DNA of 63,604 nucleotides, counting the filler, from Collodictyon triciliatum (Eukaryota), in assembly GCA_043381765.1 (NCBI GenBank). It is 25 parts of 25 records of this genome, joined end to end, with 100 filler letters (N's around TTAATTAATTAA, not from the genome) between each part and the next. Parts side by side here need not be neighbours in the genome. Positions count along the whole stretch, not along the records: positions 51,421 to 53,881 come from JBHJMP010008841.1; positions 53,982 to 56,441 come from JBHJMP010008842.1; positions 56,542 to 58,999 come from JBHJMP010008843.1; positions 59,100 to 61,557 come from JBHJMP010008844.1; positions 61,658 to 63,604 come from JBHJMP010009019.1; 20 more parts are not named here. One strand, 5' to 3'. Position numbers and translations under genes: made by a program. The notes below the pieces were generated by a model. That model saw nothing but the letters and a program-made list of their open reading frames with translations. It made no database searches and was not told where the DNA came from. Position 1 is the stretch's first letter, and every line of letters begins with the position of its first letter. This document shows, in pieces, positions 51,421-63,604 of the stretch.

Positions 51421-52024
51421 CAAAAAAGAAAATGAAAAAATCTTTCCAATCCCATCGTTTGCCCAATTCCATAAATCATTACCCTAAATTTATTACAACA
51501 TAACCACAACATAATCACAACATAATCACAACATAATCACCGCATAATCACAATGCAATCACAACACAATCACAGCAAAAAAGAAAATGAAAAAATCTTT
51601 CCAATCCCATCGTTTGCCCAATTCCATAAATCATTACCCTAAATTTATTACAACATAACCACAACATAATCACAACATAATCACAACATAATCACAACAT
51701 AATCACAACATAATCACAACATAATCACAACATAATCACAGCATAATCACAACATAATCACAACATAATCACAACATAATCACAACATAATCACAACATA
51801 ATCACAACATAATCACAACATAATCACAACATAATCACAACATAATCACAACATAATCACAGCATAATCATAGCATAATCACAGCATAATCACAATGCAA
51901 TCACAGCATAATCACCGCATAATCACAATGCAATCACAACACAATCACAGCAAAAAAGAAAATGAAAAAATCTTTCCAATCCCATCGTTTGTCCAATTCC
52001 ATAAATCATTACCCTAAATTTATT
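51421..52024 (+). repeat. Higher-order repeat: three copies of a ~74-nt block separated by 11-nt (ACAACATAATC) arrays
   Basis: Block CAAAAAAGAAAATG...CCCTAAATTTATT at ~51421, ~51576 and ~51951; intervening minisatellites differ in copy number. Confidence 0.9.
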
Positions 52025-52445
52025 CTTAAGCATTTATCCATACAAACAATAGATAAGGAGTACGGGCCTTTCCCCAATCCATGTAATGTTGTTTGTGCCC
52101 AGGAGGCTTCTGTGAGTCCTTTTGTTGGACCTTTGCAATAATATGGTAGGGTTTCGGGAGAATTATCCTGAGAGTGGTAGGTTTGTATCTCAAAACCCTG
52201 ATTGCGGTATACCTTATGACTCATCACGCAATTCACCAGCACAGTGATATGGAGATAAATCTGTTCTTGTGTTGGTAAGAGTCCACACTGGGAATTAGGC
52301 AGCATCGAAAATAGTTTTTTTTGATTGAGCGCACAGAAAAAAAGAACAAATGTAGAAATGCAAACCAAAATCAACAAGGTGATATGTGCCATAATGTGCT
52401 AATTATGCCTCTACAGCGGTATGCACAAGGAGTCAGCAAGTATTC

Positions 52446-52594
<149 letters not shown>

Positions 52595-54029
52595 TTACTT
52601 TTTTGTCTTTCTCTAAAAATAAATGATTTCATTGGGCAATGCAGGAAACTAGATTTTGATACCTGGAAAAAAACCCGTCAAGAATAGATTTCATACACAA
52701 ATAGTCATGCAGACATCAACCATTCTCTTAAAATCCAAATAAAAGCAAACAAAAACGAAAAATAAAAAACCTGGCCTTCTCGCATTTATTACGTCTCCAT
52801 ACGTGCACTTACATCCAAAACATCATCCCAAGCAGAAAATTACCATGTCATTACAGAGTACCAAAATATTCTCAGACCAATACTACTTTGTGGCAAACTG
52901 GGGGTGTTGGTCGCATTCATATATTGATGTCAGGAAAATATTGCGATAATAATTGGTCACAGCCGAATTCCTTTTCATCCCTTCATTGTATGAATGATAG
53001 CTCAGTTCCCTTTTCAATCTACGAACAGGATTCATGTTAGATTTTGCCTCTTTATTATTCTATCTACTTCCCAAAGAAATTTATGCTCCGCTTTTTACGT
53101 ATTGCTTACACAAGAGCGGTATATTGGCTTAAATGTATTCATGCACCGCGCGGTGGATGGATTATTACATATGAACAAAAAAAATAATACCACCAAAGGA
53201 AATCAGAGATGGAAAAGAAATAACCTTATGAACCAGCTCGGAGTGGACGTCACGAAAGAGACGAAGTCGTAATTTTTTTAGGCACATTCTTGATTAGACT
53301 AATACCAACTTTGATTTGAGTGATAACTGGGGGGTTCAAGGCAATTATGAATGGCATATTCACATTTGAATATAAGCGCGATTTTAGGCATGGTCAAAAG
53401 CGGTTTACTTTTGATGGGGACAACGAAGGAGAATATCATCGGCGGATGGTGGACTGTGAAAAATAATCTAAAACCCCTCCCTTCACTTGAATCGGATAAA
53501 TGGAAAAAAAAAATTATCGGCGGATTACATCCATTACATCGCCATACTCTTATATACAGAGAACAAAAGTGACTTCTAACAACTCCGTTGGCATATAGAC
53601 CGAAAACTATTAATCTTATGTTCCAGAAATGATTGATGATTTTCTGGATCAAGCAGTTTGCATAGATCGTTCGCACATAGAGTCCAAAAACAAAAAACAA
53701 AAAACAAAAAACTAAAAAACTAAAAAACTAAAAAACTAAAAAACTAAAAAACTAAAAAAACTAAAAAAACTAAAAAACTAAAAAAACTAAAAAACTAAAA
53801 AACTAAAAAACTAAAAAACTAAAAAACTAAAAAACTAAAAAACTAAAAAACTAAAAAACTAAAAAACTAAAAAACTAAAAANNNNNNNNNNNNNNNNNNN
53901 NNNNNNNNNNNNNNNNNNNNNNNNNTTAATTAATTAANNNNNNNNNNNNNNNNNNNNNNNNNNNNNNNNNNNNNNNNNNNNAAAAAAAAAAGAAAGGAAG
54001 AGAAAAAAAAAGGAAAGAGAAGGGACATA

Positions 54030-54107
<78 letters not shown>

Positions 54108-54193
54108 CAAATGGGCATACGTGATCAAAGTAAAAAAAGCACGTGAATACAGAAAAACATTTTTGTTTGATTTATAATTGAATACAAGATAAC

Positions 54194-56269
54194 CTCAAAA
54201 TTTTGGCTAAGAGCTAATTCCAGACTTTGTGAAGCCTGTTTGAATCTATCTTGTTGCAGATGAACTTGAGACATCAATAAATGAACCTAAAAAGTAAATC
54301 ATAGAATGATTAGACCTACTAACTGATTGCCTTAGACAGAGCTGACACATACAGAAAGTTGAGAGGATTTTGTTCCAGTCCAAGAAAAATTCAAATCGTT
54401 TGTCTCAAAGAAAAAAATGTATGAAAACTAACGCTATATGAGGATGGGTCAATCTTGAGTGCTTGTTGAAGGTATCTTTGAGCAGCATCAAAATCTCCAA
54501 GGACATACCTTGCTCGGCCTAAGAACAAGTATACCTCCACAATGCCTGGGGTATACTTGCTTAGAATATCCAGCGTTTTGGAAACTTGCATGATGAGGGG
54601 TTTTTGAAGTTCGGCTGCCGGAAGAAAAATAATTTGGTTTGTTGAATAAATTACGATGACTTGCGGATAACATCATTTCCGGCAAAGGCAATTTCCTCGG
54701 CTTTGTTTTCTCTCAATAAATTGTTGAGATGAAATAAAAAAATAAACATTAATCAAATGATAGTGACCAACCATTTTCTAAAGGTTCATTCCCAATTTGC
54801 GAAAAAAGTTCCCTATGAAAGCAAATATTTTAAAAAAACTATGTGCTAAATTTTACCTTAAGTACGCGATGAACGGTCTAATGTCATAGTATTACAAAAT
54901 TATTCGCTCACCTTGCACATTCAAAAAGGAACTCTGGGTTAAAGATGGAATAGAACTTCAACCTATTTATGGTTTATGATTTATCTTAAAAACTGTAAGA
55001 GTGTGTAAATTTAGACGGAATGCACAACTGATATCCATTTATTTTTTGAATTATATATAAACAAACATACCCTATGGGTACAGATTTAAGAGATTTTAGA
55101 TGTAAATCTACCGCAGTGTCTAGATTTTGTACAGATAAATGAATATTTTCGTTCTTTTTCAATGAGAGTAGAGCGCGTAGATAAGTCGTCTCTGGTGATT
55201 TTCCTGACACATTCAGTGAGTACTATACTACTTTTAAAGATGATTTTTTGGAAAGTATAACATATGGATATCTTCCATTAACATATAAGGTAATCTAACC
55301 AATTGAAACTTCTAACTCTGCCAGAAATTGGAGTTGTTCTTCAGCATCTTCTAGTTTGTTCTCCAGAATCTGGCACTTGATGAGACCTATACATAATTTT
55401 TTTTACAGTACTTTAATATAATACATATTCTGAATACTATTCAATAAATAATTATGCTCATAAACCAGGAAAAGCATCTATAAATGATAATTTTCAATAA
55501 CAAGCTCTATTTGTCAACCGTCTAAAAAAAAAAAAGAAGATAAGAAAAGTGTGACTGTTTTGCACAATATCATCATACCGTGAAGCGCTTGAATATTACT
55601 ATCGTCTAGCTTTAATGCTTTTTGATAGTTCTTGACCGACTCTGGCAAATTGCCTGCGATGTGAGATAACGTACAATATACATATTAAGTCGAATGTTCA
55701 CCCTTTTCTTATCAAAACACAATAACGAATTTTTGAAAGAATTCATTATAATCGAGGATGTTTACCAATCAATATCTGTTGAAAAGCAAGTTCAGCATGA
55801 AATTTAGCGTCTTCAGGTGAAAGAATAATGGCTTTTTCAATCATGGAGACGGAGTGTTTCAAGATACTGTCGACATATTGATTGTGAGTTTGCAAATAAA
55901 ACTTCAATAATAGAAAATCGACTTTTATACATAATAGGAATGATATGTAAATTAAAAATATAAACGAAGTAGAATGAAATGGCTGTATTGGTTACTGATA
56001 GTTTCTATTCGACAATCTGGCAAATGGAAGAGAACTACTGTAGTATAGAAACCCATTCTTGGGTTCAAATCTGTCAATAGCCTACATATCCAGATGAAAA
56101 CTTAGACTCGATACTGTTTGCTTGTGCTCTTGATGTCATACGTGTAATATAATGAGAAATGTCATACTGCCATAATGTCGCTCAAAAGCATAGCAGCCGT
56201 GCTCGGTTTCCCTTCTCGAACCATTTCCTTTAAGGTGGACAATCTCAGTGCCTCGATATTTGTCGGTTC
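54194..56269 (-). CDS. TTC21B: IFT139/TTC21B intraflagellar transport A subunit, internal fragment
   Basis: Ten exons giving REGKPSTAA...AIDRFEPKNG...AELAFQQILIG...ALKLDDSNIQALHG|LIKCQILENKLEDAEEQLQFL...FNPEFLFECA...ARYVLGDFDAAQRYLQQAL...VHLLMSQVHLQQ...ASQSLELALAKNFE. Confidence 0.88.
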
Positions 56270-56763
56270 CTGCGTGTGATGATCAATCGAGAAAATGATA
56301 AAAAAAAATTATCAAAGATACCAGAGATACCAGAGATATCAAAGACACAAAAGACACAAAAGACACAAAAGACACAAAAGACACAAAAGACACAAAAGAC
56401 ACAAAAGACACAAAAGACACAAAAGACACAAAAGACACAAANNNNNNNNNNNNNNNNNNNNNNNNNNNNNNNNNNNNNNNNNNNNTTAATTAATTAANNN
56501 NNNNNNNNNNNNNNNNNNNNNNNNNNNNNNNNNNNNNNNNNTTTTTTCTTTTTTTCTTTTTTTCTTTTTTTCTTTTTTTCTTTTTTTCTTTTTTTCTTTT
56601 TTTCTTTCTTTTTTTCTTTTTTATGATATAACACCGAGTGAGAATGACCTCATCAAATGAAGACGAGGACAGAGCTGAATAGAAAATGCGCCTCGGAAAA
56701 CAAAAGACCGCTTGTAAAACACACATATGCATGCACATACATATATCAGCTTGCCACGCGAAG

Positions 56764-58827
56764 ATGGAGAGCAAGTTTCCTCCAAACGCCATTCTTGCTG
56801 CATTTCATCGCACGAAGGCTGAGCTTAAAGAGTCTGCCATTCAACCTGCTGTTCCCCTTCCTTTCATAGACAAAGGTCGGTCTTTGTATGCTTTTCTTTC
56901 CTTTTTTTTATTTGGCTTTTTTTGCTTGTTTTGTTTGCTCTTTTCTAGAATACTCGTGTCCTTGAACTCTGTGAATCGTATACAGTCGGATTCAGTGTCC
57001 ACCAGGCGGCTGCCTCGGGCTCATTGCCGAATGTTCTCACCCTCTCTCTGCTGAGTGAATCGCCACTCGACTGCGACGATGAGAAATCCACTTCACTTCA
57101 TTATGCAGCCAGTGCAGGATCCGTGGAAATCATTGCGTTCTTGCTGAACATTGGCTTTCAGGTGGGCTTTTTTCTGCATTTCCTTTTTTTCTTCTTCCTT
57201 TTATCTCTTTTTTGTTGGAAAAATAATGCTTCTCTGTTTTTTTAAAAAAAAAAACAAAAAAAAAACAAATTGTACAAGCAAAAATAGAAGCAAAAATATG
57301 ATGCGATGAACAAATATGAGTCTTTATTAACTTATTGGACCTTTTGAACTATATCTCTTTTTATTTTATTTTTTTTAAAAAAAAACTCTACTATGTCGAA
57401 GGTCGATGTCAGGAATACCAATAAACAAACACCTCTGATTTGGGCTGCAAATAAAGGGAAAATACACGCCGTGCGTTTTCTACTTCACAAAGGCGCAGAC
57501 TTACATGCATCTGACGTGCATGGCAACACAGTGCTGATTAATGCTGTTCAAAATGGACACATTGATGTGGTTCATTATCTCATCAAGAAAGGCGCCAATC
57601 TTCAAGTAATTATTATAATAATTCAATACAACAACGAAAAAATGAGCAACTCTTCAATGTTTTGAGCGATCATTCGTTACCTTTGTTTATATCTACTTTG
57701 ATTTAATGTTTATTTGTAAATTAATGGAAGCCTATTTTTCTCTAAATTTTTAAGATTTCAATCCCTTTTCTTTTTTCTTTTTTTTTGTTTTGTTTTGTTT
57801 TGTTCATTTTATGCAAATCAAGACTCTGGATTCGGATGGTCACAATTGTCTTCATTGGGCGGCATTTTATGGCCACTACACAATCTGCAAATACCTTGTC
57901 GACTTATCCTGCTACGATATTAATACAGTGGATAATACCAATCGTACCGCGCTTCACTGGGTAACAATCAATTAATAGATTTTCTTTTCTTTTCTTTTTC
58001 TTTTCTTTTCTTTTCTTTTCTTTTCTTTTCTTTTCTTTTCTTTTCTTTTCTTTTCTTTTCTTTTCTTTTCTTTTCTTTTCTTTTCTTTTCTTTTCTTTTC
58101 TTATTATGCGACTAAATTCGTTACTCATCATTTAGCTGAATACACCGTAATTACGAAGAGTAAACCATATTTTCTCCATAAACACACTTTAGGCAGCACG
58201 GAAGGGACACGTTAAAGTATCTGAATTCCTATTAAAATGTGGTATCAACCGCAATATGTCAGATAGGGATAATCACACAGCGCTGCAATACGCCATGGAG
58301 AATAACAACAAGGAATTGATTGACTTGCTATGGTTACACAAACCGTCTCAAAAAACAAAAATACGGGTTTGTACTCCATAAACTCTGTAAAATGACATAG
58401 TCAGAGGTATTTTGACCAGCTTGATTATGTTTGCATACGCCATTTAACATATTTATATGTTCATTACCAGGAATTGTCTTTGTTGTTAAAAGATAATATT
58501 ACTATACTATTAATCATATCTAGTACTCTTCAATTCCGGAATTTACGCGTGCGTCGATAATCGCCTTTTCGACACCTATTATTATATGCATCGCTTGCTC
58601 GTTCATCCACGGGAAAGCTCTTTGCTTCTTCGCCTTTTTGGCGCTCGTATTGACCAATATGTTCGGGTTCAAGCATTGGCCACCAAAGCGCATCGACCCT
58701 GCAAAGGCGAAGAATGTTTCAAAAGATGTTTTAGAGTTGATGAAGTACGACGGCAATGCACTTATGGCATGGTGGTGGGGCTCTGCCACAATTTATTTTG
58801 CTCTCTTCTTCTCCACTGTTGGCCCAG
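56764..58827 (+). CDS. Ankyrin-repeat membrane protein, Akr1/ZDHHC17-like palmitoyltransferase, 5' part
   Basis: About six ankyrin repeats (SLHYAASAG, TPLIWAANKG, CLHWAAFYGH, TALHW|AARKG) followed by hydrophobic segments. The DHHC motif is not in the contig. Confidence 0.75.
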
Positions 58828-58903
58828 GTTTTGAAGACTTGCGATGGATTATAATTTATTTAATTATTTCGTCTATTTCCATACTTGTTTCATTATTTAA
58901 AAC

Positions 58904-58999
<96 letters not shown>

Positions 59000-59246
59000 N
59001 NNNNNNNNNNNNNNNNNNNNNNNNNNNNNNNNNNNNNNNNNNNTTAATTAATTAANNNNNNNNNNNNNNNNNNNNNNNNNNNNNNNNNNNNNNNNNNNNG
59101 CGGGAAGTGTATATTCAACTTGCAATTGGTCTGCGGCTGTGGTGTACGATAAGTCTCTGTCTTGCTTTAGGTTAGTGTTAACGAAGCAGAGCTTTTCCTT
59201 CATTATTCGGACGACCTGAATGGATAAAAGACAAGAAATGAATATC

Positions 59247-59348
<102 letters not shown>

Positions 59349-59489
59349 ACGAATGTCTACTAAATTAAGATATGTTAATAGAATATAACACATTCGTGGT
59401 GGCATAAATACAAACTACGGTGAAAGGCTTATCATATGTGCCCACAGCGCAGAAAAAAGGAGGATGAAAGAAAGCCAGAGCGCGGTTAC

Positions 59490-61350
<1,861 letters not shown>

Positions 61351-61375
61351 TTCTTGACGGGTAGTCGCGATTAAC

Positions 61376-61471
<96 letters not shown>

Positions 61472-62731
61472 TTGTGGTTTACAGACACCACGATTGCAAC
61501 TAAGAAAAGAAAAAGAAAAAAAGAGAAAAAAGAAAAAGAGAAAAAGAGAAAAAAGAANNNNNNNNNNNNNNNNNNNNNNNNNNNNNNNNNNNNNNNNNNN
61601 NTTAATTAATTAANNNNNNNNNNNNNNNNNNNNNNNNNNNNNNNNNNNNNNNNNNNNAATTAAATTTTAAATTTTCCCAAGCCCAAAACCAAAAACAAAA
61701 AAAAAAAAAAAAAAAAATGAAAAGACATGGCGCATAGACTAGGATATCTACGAGCCCATGTACGGACGATGTGTGTGACACAAGGTAAGCGGCTGAGAGC
61801 TCAACGCATAGAGTAGTCTTTACCGCTCGAACATCTGGCCTTTGAGGGGATGGACCAGGACGGGGTTCGAGTCTTTAGTGGGTTTGCCATGGGATGAATG
61901 TGGGGAAGACGCGGGATTATTGAAGGCACGACCAGAGTTGAGTGCAAGCTCTGCAAAACGGGTTGGCATGCGCACCTTTGAGGCAAACAGGAAAAGAAGG
62001 GGGAAAAAGCAGAAAAAAAACAAGCTGGTTGCGTCAGGTGTCCTGTTGTTTGTTTAAACTGAGCCACGGCAGAAAGAACATCTGTGACAATTTTGCGGCT
62101 GCTCTTTTGTTGGGTTTATGGTCCGTTCACATCACGCTCTCACACACAATATAATAATGATGATAATCTTAAAATGAAAGAATAAAATAAAAAAAATCAA
62201 GATGTGCGCTCACCAAAACAGCAGCAAAGAAAAAAAATGAAGAAAAGAAAAATGAATGATGAACTCTTCGTTGTTACGTAATCCAGCCATAGCAAGTGTG
62301 ATGGGCAGGAGCAAATGGGAATTAAAAAAAAAAGGAATAATCAAAGAGGCGAAAAAATCAGGGGAATCGTAAGAAAAAAAATTAGGAAAGAACCAGAAAT
62401 GATTAAAATGTCGAGGAAGATACGCAACGATAAGGAGACTGTAGCAAGAGTTCAGAAAAATAAAGGAAAGAAAAATAAAAGATAGAAAAGACCGTGATAT
62501 TTAAGAACCATTTGGCTGCCAGGAGACCTCTTTCCATCATCAATTTTAATATGCATGCGTGATAATTGGATAAGCCTGTAATCTTATGGAGATTTGTTTC
62601 TTGTTCATTCTCCGAATATATAAGGGGAAAGGTGGTAGGGAGTGTTTGTACGGGAGGATTCAAGAACACACTAGTTGCAAAGCAACGTTTTCGTATCTAA
62701 ATGAATATCTGCCTGGTTCCAAACACCCCAA

Positions 62732-63529
62732 CTACATCACCATGCATCCTCCTTTCTTGTAGCCCTCCAGGAACTTCAGCTGCTTGGCATTGATGGCCCC
62801 ACGTCGTCTCTGGCGAATGTACTCCACAGCATCCATTGGGTCCATTCCCCTTTCAATCATCGCTACGGCAACTAGGACTGGGGCTCTATGGTACATTTTA
62901 TGTTTAGTAAATCAATTGAAAGGAAAGACTGGGCAACTTAGAAAGTGCCAAACAACCATATTTTACATGATTGATTGAATAGATTGGACGTATTCATATG
63001 TAAGTGGAAAGATGAAGAAACATACCGGCCAAGGCCTGCGACACAGTGGACGGCGATTCTCTCCTTCACTTCCTTGTTGGAGACAAAAATGGAGTTCACC
63101 AATCCCAGCCAGTTGTTGAGAACAGATGAAGGTGGGGCATCACCATCCGGGAAAGACCAGTCCTAATGTTGGTGGAATTCAAAATTTTACATATTAGTAC
63201 CCCGCGATTGAAGGGCATTTTATGCTGTGAATATTATGCGCACTTTAAGATTCCAAACTACAATTACAATTCCAGTTTCATCCAATATGATTCATTACAG
63301 TGTGATCATATCAGTGTTTTTTCTTTTTCTTGTTTATTTCAAATGTACAATCGATATATATAATGTTTCAGTATGTCAACCAGGGACATCATTATTGCGC
63401 ATGGTGGATTTTTTTTCTCGAGAAGATTAATATTACGTGGACTTTGATGCCGGCCTTGTTGAAGGTGTCGGTGGAGTAGGTGGGATCGCAGACGCGGACG
63501 ACGTTGCGCACGTTCTGAGACCGCATCTC
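62732..63529 (-). CDS. PTP4A: PRL/PTP4A prenylated protein tyrosine phosphatase, 5'-truncated
   Basis: VVRVCDPTY...[16 protein letters not shown]...[22 protein letters not shown]...[14 protein letters not shown]...GGCMVM* (CaaX). Confidence 0.95.
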
Positions 63530-63604
63530 CTGTCGCATGAGAGGGGAATGGAAAGAAGCCAGTCACGAGATGTGGTTATTCGATGGTCATGACGATCTAC
63601 ATGA

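Noticed and set aside
53690-53881. (ACTAAAAA)n at a contig end as a telomere
   Set aside because: One of many different simple repeats at contig ends; no consistent telomeric motif.
61845-61885. tRNA T-loop-like GGTTCGAGTC
   Set aside because: No acceptor stem, D-arm or anticodon arm could be built.

Overview
AT-rich, intron-dense nuclear DNA of a probably flagellated microbial eukaryote; no organism name can be supported. The window is not one locus. It is about 25 unplaced contigs of ~2.46-2.5 kb, roughly sorted by decreasing length and joined by 100-nt linkers (N44-TTAATTAATTAA-N44). Neighbouring genes are therefore not necessarily linked, and most genes are truncated at microsatellites. 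Gene fragments reconstructed by hand through GT-AG introns: CARMIL-like LRR, mitochondrial AlaRS, WDR27 (with stops/frameshift), polycystin-2-like channel, SR protein, TPR array, ANTH/AP180, HslU, KIAA1143-like, DUF4062-NACHT, GST, sulfurtransferase, WD40+FG-GAP chimera, RNase H2A, SLC12, EF-hand+Raw-like, RING+B-box, IFT139/TTC21B, Akr1-like, Arp1 and PRL phosphatase. Most interesting: (1) a decayed Fanzor1 (TnpB-derived RNA-guided nuclease) with a candidate spliceosomal intron and a structured 3' region that may be its omegaRNA; (2) a TPR gene built from tandem 126-nt exon + 54-59-nt intron cassettes, with variable positions and a CaaX end; (3) near-identical HET-E-like WD40 repeats fused to an FG-GAP propeller. 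Family calls come from motif recognition only; no searches were run.
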